Source: Ramazzottius varieornatus
Lineage: Eukaryota; Animalia; Tardigrada
Reading direction: 5' to 3'
Length of the DNA stretch: 64,000 nt
Assembly (NCBI GenBank): GCA_001949185.1
Contig: BDGG01000006.1
Coordinates: forward strand, 2,090,827-2,154,826
Position 1 is the stretch's first letter. Each line of letters begins with the position of its first letter. A model generated the notes under the pieces. It saw only the letters and a list, made by a program, of their open reading frames with translations, had not been told where the DNA came from and made no database searches. Below are positions 26,652 to 39,023 of the stretch, piece after piece. Made by a program: the position numbers and the translations under genes.

Positions 26652-27585
26652 TGCTTATACTGACTCTTACGTGAGTGCAACGTGGTGGCTCACGCAAAAT
26701 CATCGGCTGTGGCCTTCGTCGATCATTTCGCGCTGCAGATTCTTGTCTAGGTACAGACCAAAAGCGGGAGATTGTAACCTGCGAAGCAGCACTCTGCATC
26801 GCTCCCTGCTTTCAGCTAAGTTCTGCCTGTTGGTCTCTAGACTGGCGCTGCAGAGAGCTCACCAAGTTCCCAGTCTGTGGGATAAATCGTGTTTATCCTA
26901 GCTTTGGTTCGTCGCACCCAAGTACTTATGAATTGTTTGTTGGTAATTAAACACTTGAATTTAATCAGCGTCTGTCCACAGACACCACAAGCAAACATAC
27001 TAAGGCGCCTCAGGCACCAGATGATCCAGAGAACTCTGTCACCGGCATACAAGCCAGTGTGTCAATATACTTACGGTGAGCCGGTCTAACAAGGCAGGAC
27101 TCAGACAGTGCCGCGCAAACATGTGTTTCTATCACACATTTCACATTAGTCCTACACTGCCGGGATACCAACGTTATTCGTTATCAGCTGAGACAGCTAG
27201 ATCGCTATATTGAACTAAGGGGAGGGTCAAGCACAGTATTTACAAACCTCGATGGTAAATAGTATTTTGGTGGGACACTACGCCACTGTACTCAAGCACA
27301 TTTTATGTGAATCTCGGGCAGTCGTTTCAACATTGTGAGCTGTATGAACGGGCAGTCAGACGGTTCTTGCCAAAATACATGTACTAGTATTATACACGCT
27401 TACGGGCAATGTCAAACTGCATTGGGGAGGTCAAAGTGTGTTTGTGTTCGGACCTTTAAAAACTGACAATAGTCTACTACAAAACGTGCTGCTGAAAGAG
27501 TCCTTCGCTATCGCGAGCTATATATAGAGTCAAGAGCACATCTGGCACGTTTCCCACCAGGTCTCGTTCAGACGATCTACTTAAC

Positions 27586-30500
27586 ATGAAGAACATCTAT
27601 TGGGTTTACGTTCTGCTTCGGGTGGTTTTTGTTAAAGGACAGCGTGACGCCAGCCATCTCGGGCTCCGACCTGTGCCGGATCGATATGAAATCTCTCAGC
27701 CGATTCCGACCATCCCCAACCAGATCTACTCAACGAGCGCTTCTAGACACCAGACAAAGGTCTTCTGGTTCCAGCCAGGTACTACGAAAGGAACGGCTAA
27801 AATTCAAGTGTGGAGCAAAAACGCCACTGTGGATGCCCCTGTTCTGATTGTTATCAAAAGACATGTCAGGGTGCTTTCCTGGCAAATTCCAGCGATGCTG
27901 CAAGAGGCCTACCCTTATTTAACCACCAATCGAACGCTTTGCCCAGCATCAAATCATTATTCCTCCGTTACTAAAGGCGAACCAATACTTCCATCGGGTG
28001 TTGACATTTTTATTGAGGTACTTACCCTTTCGGACCAGCCAGTCGATTTTTCTCCGAAGATCGAATCTTATCCAACGTTTGTCAAGAACGGTCTCTCTTC
28101 GTTCATTATGCGAGCAAGCCCCTCGGCTCCTCAGTACATTCAGTACAATATGCGGCCAAGGTCTACCACAGTGTTGGTAAAACTCGAAGCACTCGAAGGT
28201 CACTCTTTTTGTGGGTATACGTATACCTCTCGGTTCAGTCTGTGCGTTGTCCGGTCGGCGATCTGGAGTCTTATCTAAGAGTTGATGGTCGGTTTCAGAC
28301 GATCACTTCAAAAGGAGCTAACGAAGTCGACAGAAGTCTGTTTTCGGATTATGGGTTTTATATTGTTGTGGTAGTTCAGCCTCACGACCTTGACTGCGCA
28401 GGTGCAGGGCCGAGCCCTCTTGATCCCTTTCGACCAAAGCCACTCATAAGTAACCACAGCGTGGAGCCTGGAGAAAGATTGAAAGTGGTCCGAATTACCG
28501 TTTCCTTCTGTTTTCCTTTTTATCGATCGTTTTTTTGCGGCCGGACATCTGTAAATGTACTTGGGGTGAACTTCCCATACAAGACGGGCAATGGTCATAC
28601 GATCGGTGGTTCGGAAAAGCGTGCAAGTGTCAGTGTGCATTGTGCTGTCGGACTCTGTGCCCATGGACATGCAAAGATCGAATTCCTTTTCAATGGGAAG
28701 AGTCTCTATACAAGTCGCCGCTCTCCAGTTCCGCTCCGAGAAACGTGCTCAGGCCTGAGACCGCGAGAGAGGAGGTGCCACTTGAGGGTTCTGAAAGTGG
28801 AGCCGACACCATTCGTTTAGTAACAGTTGAGCGTGGGCAACCGCTGACTCGAGCGGATGACAATCCTCCCCAAGAGAGTCGGCAGGAACCGGCTGAAGAC
28901 AAGGAAACCGGCGATCCCGCAAAGACCGCGACGGCATATCGTTTTATATTGGTAGCCCTGTTCATATGCTACGGGTCACCCGTGTTTCAGCTCGTCTTTA
29001 CTCACCAGAAACTTCTGCACGTGATCGGAAATGAAGATCTCTGCTACTACAACTTCTCATGCGCTAAGCGTGCCGGGTGGTTGAGCGACCTCAACCACGT
29101 CATCAGTAATCTAGGTTACGTGATACTGGGGGTTTTGTTTCTTCTACAGGTTCGTCGACGAAAAGTCTTCCGAGGAAAACTAAGATCACGCCTGCGTGAT
29201 CGGGATTTGAATCTGGATGCTTTTGGATCGCTGTCGCATTTTGATATCTACTACAGCATGAGTTATGCTGTGATTATGGAAGGAATGATGAGTTTGTTGT
29301 ATCATATCTGCCCGGGATATAACAATTTCCAGTTCGACACGTCCTTCATGTATCTGATTTGCGGACTTCTGGTTATGAAACTGTATCATTAACGGCATCC
29401 TGATCTACTTCCTCGCGCAACAGTGGAGTACTTCGCGTTCCCCGTGCTCATCCTCGTAGCTATGTTGGGCCTTATCCTCAAGGACATAGTGTGCAACATC
29501 GTTTTTACTGTATTAATTCATACTCCGCTCACCGTAGTTATCGGACTTCAGGTGCTGTTCTTAGGACATCCCAAGGCCCCGCGCAGTTGCCGTAAGTTCT
29601 GACGTACTCTTGCATACTGTTTCTAGATACAGTAGTGCCTACTGTATAAACGAAAAACAATCAGCGTTGACATCTTTACATCGTTATACAGGTCAAAGAC
29701 GTGATGCGTTGAGGTCCATCCGCAGGCGCGGTGCATACAAGGACCTTCGTCACAGCCGGATGGGGTTCACCGGACTATACCTTATTGCCAATATTATTGG
29801 GGTCACACTCGTATACACTATGCACTTCGATTTTACAACTTACTTGCTCCTCGGACTGGGATTGAACTTCCTGGCGTATTTCATTTTCTACGTGATAATG
29901 AAAATGATTCACGAAGAACTACTCAGCAGGGAAACTTTAGCTTATCTGATCCTGTCAGCAGTTTGCTGGATTTGGGGACATCTTACTTTTGCGCAGGGTA
30001 TGTCAGGAGCTGAAGAAGAATGATTGATTAACAGACATCGAGACAAGCTTACAAAAGACTGAATTTCAGGTTGACTGACTGCATGCATGCACGCCCCATG
30101 GGTTATGGGGTCGACGGCCATCTCCAAATGAATGCTCAGAATCCCCGAGGAATGCTGAGCACGAGGTGAAAAGAGATTCACGTTGGTCGAGCATTTCTCA
30201 GGGATTGAGCATCTATTCCTGCAGGATTCTTTGTTTCAGCATTTGAAAAGGTTTGATTAGTGATTGCTATCAGTCACAAGAAAAATAGGACGTCGTCACG
30301 GAGGATTTGTTTGCCTGGCGGCACAGGATTCACCACTAAAGCACCCAATCAGCATTCAGCCTTGGGGTTCTTAGTCACGCCCCACCGCAATGACGTATCA
30401 ATCTACCACGACGTATCGGCTTACGTCAGGTATCCGCTAGTTGGCCTTCGTTTGATTGTCCTTTGCTGTTATCGGGTTGATTGGCCAAGTCGCACACTTA

Positions 30501-31874
30501 CGTTTGATTGATACTCTTGTTTGTAGCCTTGATTAGATGAATTACCTTCGTTTCAAACTGCTTCCTTTTTCTCCCTCAGATTATCTGTGCGAAGATGACA
30601 CCCAAAAAATTCACCGTTGTTAATGATCCGAAACCAGATACTGTGAGGAAGAGGTTGAAAAGAGCGGCTGAGAAAAGACTACGAGATGCTGGGAGCGTTC
30701 GACGCCAGCGTGTCAAGTCTGATCTAGAAGTTATTCCTCTGGAAGAGTTAGTTGATGAGGTGGTCATCCCAGCTAATCAACCTGCACTGGACTCAACTCA
30801 TCGACACGATGTTGGAGGTAAGAAACGGAGAGAAAGGCTTAGGTGAAAGACAATGGCCAGCATATAGGAAGTGGGTCGAGTTGGCCTGACCGGAAGTGGC
30901 TGGCTGGTAGGTATNNNNNNNNNNNNNNNNNNNNNNNNNNNNNNNNNNNNNNNNNNNNNNNNNNTGAACCAAAGTACAGACTGAACCAAAGAACCAAGCC
31001 GGAATTTAGCCAGATTTGTTTCTATTTCGTTTCAACTGTCTTACCTCTTTTGAACCTTTATCACTTGAGCTCTTGACTCAAGATTCCTCGTTATATTTGC
31101 AGTTTCCTCAATTTAAATAATTTGAACCGTCTTTGCGGTCTCCGTAGCCGATAATCTGTTGTTTTTTATGCTGATCTTATTCGCTCCTTTTCTGGAGCTT
31201 TTGTTGTTTATAATTGTTATCTACTTAATTTTGTCTCGCCTTTCTTGGCCCTGTGCTGTTGGCATTTTGTAGCCTAGTTTTTCAGACCCTCGTGCACTCT
31301 CTCCGAAGTATTTTTCAGATTTTCATAAATTATTACTGTTGACAGGCTTGTGGCTACCAAATCAAGTTTCCGCCGCTTAAAACCACGGACAGAAATGTGA
31401 AGGCAATGCTAACTGCATGAATGCTGTAACAATCAACCATAAGCGAGAATGAAACGACAAACTCACTCGGATAACATTCTGACCATTCTGCAAATCTTAC
31501 TTCTGGCAATGCTCAGATAACGTTGCCTGTCCGAATTAACAACGAATCACATTAGCAATGCTGAACAAATCTTTTGTCCTTCAGCATTCAGCTTTGGGGT
31601 TCCTTCCGGAGTTCAGCTGACCGTCAAGTCAGAACGATACTGCAATCCTGCCCGACCCCATCTCGCAACTCAACACTTTTCTCCTGCATGGTCGGTCAGC
31701 CCTGCCAAGTCCCGAGAAGGCAACGAAGACTGTCTTCCTCACACCAGCAACTTTTACGACAAGCATGACATGTGGCATATGCTTTCCGCATTTGCGCTGT
31801 ACTTCACGTTTATGACGCAGATGACTTTGGACGATGACTTGGCCACCGCTCCACGCCCTATTCCCGATTTTTGA
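27586..31874 (+). pseudogene. SID-1/SIDT-like transmembrane protein gene, disrupted
   Basis: Signal peptide; VLSWQIP, NRTLCP, SVQSVRCPVGDLE, GNEDLCYYNFSCA, NHVISNLGY, EGMMSLLYHICPGYNNFQFDTSFMY, SPAKSREGNEDC, FYDKHDMWHMLSA, TLDDDL..IPDF*. Lesions: frameshift near 28216, deletion/frameshift near 28500, TAA at 29390-29392 within KLYH*RHPD, and a 1.6 kb insertion in the last exon. Confidence 0.9.
30086..31683. mobile_element. About 1.6 kb insertion in the last SID-1-like exon, unclassified decayed DNA transposon-like
   Basis: Splits the conserved GLxxWxxxPAxSRE motif; CTGCATG at both junctions (30079-30085, 31684-31690); subterminal inverted ATGGGGTCG/CGACCCCAT and many AATGCT/AGCATT repeats; basic ORF 30595-30846; contains an N gap. 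Confidence 0.7.
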
Positions 31875-32051
31875 AATTTGGACTGCTTTTCATAAGGACA
31901 GCCAGTAATATTGACAGTGTGCAAGCCACATTCAACAGCAGGTTCGAATAAGAAATACGAGGTGCTCGGCACGGAAAGATCCGCACCGGACGTGGAGATG
32001 TTGACAGAATTAATGAGAAATTCATAAACAACAAGGATACAGGTGGCTAAA

Positions 32052-33805
32052 TTAGGCTTCGTTCTTTATAACGGTACTTATCCAGTCTAAGTAAGACGAA
32101 ACTCGCGTATATACTCCGTACTTATCTCGTTTACCACAACTATCACCAAAGCTAGTGATACCGAAGATCTTCCACGAAGCCGCGTCTTGTCCCTCTCCGT
32201 TCTCCTGTCCACTCAGCTGACACAGCAAAGGACCGCCAGAGTCTCCTTCGCAAGTGTCGCTGCGGCCTTGCCGACCACTTCCGGCACAGATCATCTTCCG
32301 CGTAATGGGATGTTCATGGTAGTAGGCTGCTCGGCAAGTGGAATGAGAAACCACGCTCACTTCTGCTTCGTGCAAAACGTCCGCACCGTACCGAGCGTAG
32401 GGTCGCCGCTTGCCCCAGCCGAGGATTACACACCGCGTCGTGTTCAACATGAGGTCGTCATCTTCGGAGGCGTTCGGTAAACATGCTGGCTGGACGTGGT
32501 TATCGTAACGGATGCTGCTGGAAATCTTGATCAGCGCAATGTCGTTTTCTGCAATATTACCGCATTGTGGTAATATTCATTACCGCATTGTGGTTTCCCA
32601 GTGAACCTCGGATATAAATTGTCCTGTGATTAAAGTTACCGATCGTATCCGTATCGAAGTGCGCATGGATGACTGTTTTCACAGGCCTGAAAAGCTGCTC
32701 GGTTTCTTCTTCCGTGTACAGATGATGCTCACCAACGCGGATGTACATCTTTCTTCTGTGTAAGAATAGGATGATAAACTAATCGAGATTGTAGTATGAT
32801 AAGATTCGAGGCGGTATCAAAGACTCTTTGCGAGTACCTTACGCAGTGAGCAGCGGTGACTACCCAGTTCGATATCAATGTTCCGGCGCAGTAGTTATCC
32901 ATCTGAGTATTTAATATCGAGACCTAGGCATACGGTACAAACAAGTTCAATGTGAAAAGAATATAGGTTCGAATCTCTCAAGATAGAATCATAGTCTCGG
33001 ATGGTGTAACCCTACCTGCCAGGGCCAATGGCCGGCCGTACTGGCTTTCCCGCCGAAAATCTTCAGGGCAATGCCGCTTGGAGCCGCGGGTACCTTACGC
33101 GCTCCACAACTAATATTTCCCAGTGGGCTGATGTCTTTACTTCGACCCACAGTTTCGTCGCGGTCGTCTGCGAAACAGGTTTAGACAGCTTGGGGTCCAC
33201 AACGAAATCAAGCCGTAAATCTAGTTACCCGAATCAGAGTCGGGCGCAGGAGGTCTCCACGGTTTCTCCGTTGACGATCCTGCCCGACTTCCGCTTGTTC
33301 GTTCCGTTTCACACGCGTCTGGCTGGCACATCCGTTGTTGAATCAACAGTCGACTACCGCAGATCGGGTAGAACGTGCAGCTCTTCTTCCGGTACTGCGC
33401 GCAGTCGGGTGGATGGCATCGGGTCCACGGTGACCAGTTCGTGTAGAAGAACTCTTCAAGGATGGTGCTCGGTTCAAAGAGGTCGTCGATGGCGTGAGCC
33501 GTCCACAGCCTCCGGAGACCTGGTTGGTGGCAGCGACGCTTTTCATGGCAAGGTCGTGTTTGAATGTGGAGAGGGCCGTGTGGACATTCGGCTTCGTCTG
33601 TCAGAACGCAGGACCGAAAACGCTTCTGTTCACAGGATTTGGGTGAAGAGCATTGCGACCATTTAGTCCATGGTGAGTATTTCCGATTGTGGTGAGTGCC
33701 GGTATCCGTATTTGATAGATGGGAGTGGGATGAATCACCAACGCATATACTGCACGATAATAGCAGCAGAAGAATCCCTTCAGAAACTGGAATTCTAATG
33801 TGCAT
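32052..33805 (-). CDS. Secreted trypsin-like S1A serine protease with two N-terminal TSP1 repeats, multi-exon
   Basis: Signal peptide; SPWTKWSQC and NWSPWTRC TSP1 motifs; activation site LK|IFGG, WPWQ, TAAHC, NDIALIK and DTCEGDSGGP (full triad, Asp specificity pocket), YGVYTRV. Confidence 0.93.
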
Positions 33806-34399
33806 TTTGTCAGAGTACTGAGTTTCTAGCTATACATCGAATATCAGAGCGACATCGAAGTATTCCGTTTCAACAGAGCTTACCGGTCACGCGCTGGTTC
33901 TTCAGAAGACGGAATTTGTTTAGCGGCGACGGTTTTCGTGTTGGCATTATCATCTCTCGCAGATAAGATACCAAAGAACCTAATTTAGCCAACCGCGAAG
34001 GTAAACACCACCATTGTCCATCGTACACATGTTGAAGTCTTTGGTGCAGAACAGAGCGAGATAAAAGTCAGAAGACGGTCCAGAAGGATGACCGCGAAGA
34101 CCTCGCGAGTTTTCCCAGGGGAGCTTCTTCGGTTTGCCAGCCTTCTCTTAAAAGCCTGTGAGTTTTCACTGTCGTTACTCTTAGACGCTAACTATACTAA
34201 TTTAGCTTAGAAATTATTCTGTGGAACTTTGAAAGTACTAGGAGTATTCGTTCCTTTATTTTTTTGCTCAATAGCACTGCTTCATGTTCATGCGCTAGGT
34301 CATCTGTGATAAAACATAAAAGACATGACGTTATAACAGTTAATACTTCCTTGTCTAGACCATTGATCCGTTTCATGACACGAAATACCCTGAGAGAGT

Positions 34400-36706
34400 G
34401 AAGTAGTGAACTGGGAGAAGAAGCAGCAACAGCGAGCACAAACTGAACGCTGCCACTGGACCAATCAATCAATCTGCAAATCAAAAGGCCAAAACTTATC
34501 ACAATGCTATGAGGACCCACACAACACACTGCCACGGGCGACGCTTGCGTCTTCGTCATGGTACGCCGTACGCTCCACCACTTCACCAGGAAGCTGCTCG
34601 ACCATCCTTTTATTACTTCTACAGCTGCCCACCAAAAAGAATTAACACAAAACAAGTTGAACAACCACATACTTTCCATTACGTCCATATCCTTTGTTGA
34701 AGACAACGAAGGGTTGGTAGTTGAAAGAAGTTTTGTCCGATCCTCGAATGTGGCGAATTTCAACCGTCGTCGTTCCATCGGGTCCACTTCCACTGCTGAA
34801 TTTCCACTGGCCACACCGGACCTCCGCTTTTCCACCACGGTGGAACTGCTTGATTCCACTGGATAAGTTGGGACTGGAATCCACTTGCTGGCTGCTATTC
34901 CACTCTTCGGTACTTCCACTGTCGGAGTGGACTTGTGGAGTTCGACTGGACTGGAACTTGTGGAACCGTTGACTGACGTTGTATCTGACATCGACGTTTC
35001 CGCTTTAGACTTTCTTTCCCTATCCGCACTGCTACTCGCTACATCTTTCCTGGAATTCTGCCTGTTCAACCTGGTACCTGAGGACTGTGCAGGTGAGCTA
35101 TCAGATTCGGCAGACCCGTTGGAAACTCCACTACGAACGGATGACTGAACGGAAGACTGCTGCTGGTCGTTCCGATCGCGTCTTGCGTGCTTCAAGTACT
35201 CGTAGTCGTCGTCTTCGCTTGATGAGTTATCCGAATCGTTCCTCCTTGCAAATCTTGAGCCTAAAACAGAAGAACAAACGGCTGAACGAATCTGTGCGAC
35301 TATAGGCCACAAAAAGAAGAAACGTCCGATGACTTCCGGTAAGGGCGTATTGAGGGGGAGCAAGTCTGCAATTGCGGAACTTTTCCATTTTTGAAAATGC
35401 CGATCTGCAGTTTCTTAGAGCAAAATTTCAGAAAATTACGGTACTGCAGTTTTAGAACGAGTGGCTTTGAGAAATTGCAGATCCGCAATTTTGACAATTT
35501 TTCCGAAAATACCAGGTCGGTCTGAAGGTTTGCGTTAATGATTTCGGTTAACGGAATTTAGTCCGAGGCGATGATTATTTTGGGGGNNNNNNNNNNNNNN
35601 NNNNNNNNNNNNNNNNNNNNNNNNNNNNNNNNNNNNTTTTGGGGGAGGGGGGGGGGGGGGGTCCGCAGTTAAATTCAAGAGATCGCTTTCCCCACTGGCG
35701 CATGGTCTCAGCCATTACCCATGAACTCGTGCGCCACTTTAGATAATGGCACAAATAAATTTAATACTGTACTATTGTTTGGATATTTCCGAAATTGCCC
35801 CCAGCAATTTCAGGATTTTCAGCGAAAAATATTGCAGATCTGCAATTTCCCGACTTTTCGAAAAAGTTAATTGCGGATCTGCAGCTTCGAACAGTATCCC
35901 AGGAGAATTGTGGACCTGCAAAATATTGCGATACCGTTCGGCAAACCTCAATACGCCCTTGACTTCCGGTTCGTCTGCAAAGACGATCAATCAAGAAACC
36001 GAATCAACCAAAACAACTGCAGATCTCGGAAAAGTTCTGCCTTGTTACAATTAAGTCTCAAGTCAGAGCGAGGTCCACAATCAACGCACTAAGGAGAAGA
36101 CACTTACGTTTGCTGGCGTGATATTGTTGCCGTAAATCCTCCAAATCCATCTCGCCGTACTTAGATTCGGGTTGAGTCTTCGGTGTGCTTGATTGACTGT
36201 GCTGGTTTGATTGTCTTGACGGGTAGTTGGTCCGTTCTTGCCTTGGCTGAGCTTGCTCAGGTCGTTCTCGTTGAACTTCTTGACTCTGCTTCGCAGACTG
36301 ATCTCTTGCATCTTTCGTTACACCATTGATAGGCTTGTTACGAATAGCAGGCTTGATAGGAGCGGGCCCAGACGTCACGGGAGCAGGTGCAGGCTTCCTC
36401 ACTTCCGGTGATATCGTCGAGGTGGACTTTCTAGAGGCTAACGCTGCTTCTCGAAGAGCTTTCAGTTCCGCATCGTCTTCGTCGCTATCGTAAGCTAAAG
36501 CCTTCGGGGCAGGAGATACTTTATTCTACGATGGAAACCAATACGCATACTCAATCGAGACAAATATCATAGACTCCAAACAGAAAATAAAGAACAAAAG
36601 ATCCTACCAAAGATGACTTTGGAGTTTTTCGTTGGTTCTGCGAAGGGATTTCCGTCAAGTTCTGTACACGACGAGAAGAAAATCTTGTTGGCCTGTTGGC
36701 GATCAT
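34400..36706 (-). CDS. Hypothetical low-complexity Ser/Gln/charged-rich protein, multi-exon; 3' end uncertain
   Basis: MIANRPTRFSS exon with a donor at about 36607; exon with YDSDEDDAELKALREAALAS...EDLRQQYHASK and a GTAAGT donor at 36107; in-frame acceptor at about 35261 into the SSSEDDDYEY...RRRLKFATFEDR exon; no recognisable domain. Confidence 0.6.
35341..35960. mobile_element. Non-autonomous Mutator/MULE-like element with a 10 bp target duplication
   Basis: GACTTCCGGT at 35331-35340 and 35961-35970; perfect 15 bp TIR AAGGGCGTATTGAGG / CCTCAATACGCCCTT; subterminal TGCAGATCYGCAAT repeats; superfamily inferred only from duplication length. Confidence 0.85.
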
Positions 36707-37742
36707 CTTCAATAAGTAAGGAGAACGGAGAATATCTGCTGGTGCGAATGGGGAGATGAATTCCAGGAAGTTCACCACAGTTTCAAGCCTTGATTAATTG
36801 ATAAGACCTGGAAAATCAAACACGATAAGTCGCTTTTTACATCCCAAAACACTTTGATCTATCCACCCAGCAACACGAGCGGGATACTCTGAGGATTTCA
36901 TCATGACTTTCCTCCGTCCGGAATACCAATAGCTGGAGCAAGTAAGAAATCAGAGCTGCAAAAGGAGAATATGTTTTCACAGCTTGATTCGACACCCACC
37001 TTTTGCTCCCACGATAAATCCGTAGTGGCTTGGTCTACCGTCCCGAGACTGGGTTCACGAAGTAGGCTACATGATCCTTGCAGCTCAGGAATCAAGATGC
37101 GTTGGGCAAAGATGACGGGAAGATGTTACGATTTGCAAGCAGACAGAATCACAGAAGTCTTCAGCAGATGCCAAAAATGGCAACAAACTGATCTTGGGGT
37201 TTTGTTAGTTGATTGGGTAAGATTGATTGGAAGGTAAGTACAACGTGGCGCTTATGTAACGAGCCGCGAATTCGGGTTGTGGACACTGGACACCGAGCCG
37301 GTAGGCCCTTATCGATCCACCTGAAACAGAACGCATGACGTCATGAAAATAATGCATTACATGTACAGCTTACGAGAATGCTCCTATGGTTTTCATACCT
37401 AGCCGCTTTAGGAATCCCGCCGAGTGAACCGCATTTGAACTTTGAGAACGATGGAGTCTGCGACTCTCAGTTCTCCGCGCAAAGCATAAACAGGAGCGTT
37501 CAGATTTCTGTGCTTAACTTCTGGGAGTGTGCTTGGTTGGCTCCTTTGATCTTCCGGACTGAGTGAAATGGAGCTCTCGTCGTTACTGCTGAAAGCAAGA
37601 CAAAGTAAGTGGAGCAACCGGACTTTGGCTTACGGCCATGATTGATTATTGATCAACAGCTGTCAAGTGTCCACCATTGTACCATCAACGGTCTATTATG
37701 CGCTTAAAGCTTCTACAGCTGCGATTACGTTTCGCTTTTCAG

Positions 37743-39023
37743 ATCAGAAGAAAGCAGTCTACCCATGGCTGAGAACGGTCTACGGAAATCCAGAAAAGAT
37801 GCTGAGTCAGCTGAACGCTCGACGAGACCAGCTTCTGGACGATATCCCATCTACTCCCTTCGACATTCCCGACGATATGATAGTGGAATGGCTGACACTA
37901 ATGGCAGAACGGGACGTGGTTGTGCACGAAATATTTATAAAAGTACTCGCATACCGTATAAGCTGAGTTTCGATACGGCATAATTTTCTAATTTATGGTA
38001 ATTAATTTTCAGAGACGGAAGGAAGCTTTCGATGAAGCAACCCGAGCTCTTCATCAAGCCTTGCTCGACCATCGCCGTCTTCAGCCCAATCGTCCTGTAG
38101 ACCATGCTTTCCCCGCCATCAATGCCGCACTGAACGAAGTACAAGACTATCTTCTGAACTATGGCTCCTTCGAGACAACGAAACCAGCAAAAGGTACTTC
38201 AATTGTCAAGAAAGAGTTTTTCAGCGTTGAGGTCCAGACTGAGAATATTCCCGACGAACCTGCCCCAATCCAAAAGCTGATTCTGGACCTGGGAACTCAA
38301 ACAGACCTCGACAGTCAGCCTGCGGAAATAATCAAGCAGTACTCTGACTGGCACTGTCAAATGGAATTAATAAAGCTGCGCACTGAGGCGGAAGTTCAGA
38401 CAGATAACAACTTCGACGATCTGATTGCCGAAGAACGGTCTTTTCTTTCACATTCCCCCGTTTTCGAGGCGAAGTGGAAACCCGAAGCGTCCAGTACTCC
38501 ACTAGGCAAAAAGCCGCAATCATTCTCGAGAGTTACAGTGTTGACACAAAAACAACCCGACGCTATTTTGGGAGGTTCTGAAAGAGGGGAAGCGCTGATA
38601 GCGGAAACAGATGCTCTCACTGGAAATGTCGAAATACTCGCTACGACATATGAAAAGCTGGTCCAGGTACAAATAGATACTTCAGTGAACAATAAACTCA
38701 ACAGATCGGTCACCTGTCCAGAAGCTCTTGCTGATTTAGAACTGGAAGTGCCCGAGAGACCTAGCAGCGTATCCACGAACTGCCTGTCGATGATAAGTAC
38801 CTGCAGCACCACGTCGACCTTCGGGTTGTACCAGCGAAGTCTCTCCGGTCAGATGTCCCTAGCTCCCAACTTCCTACCGAATGTGGACAGACTGACCATG
38901 AAAATGCGGCTGAAGCTGAACAACCCTCTGATTTCGGTTCCGCGAGCTCTACCGGAAACTGTGAATGGATCGTTGGAAAAGAGTAAGAGCTTTAACCGGA
39001 GCCACAATGACAGTATCGATTAA
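37743..39023 (+). CDS. Hypothetical protein, 3' exons (5' exons probably extend towards about 36971); repeated xQT motifs
   Basis: Exon DQKKAVYPWLRTVYGNPEK...HEIFIK, a short intron, then an open terminal exon of about 1 kb; no family recognised. Confidence 0.65.
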
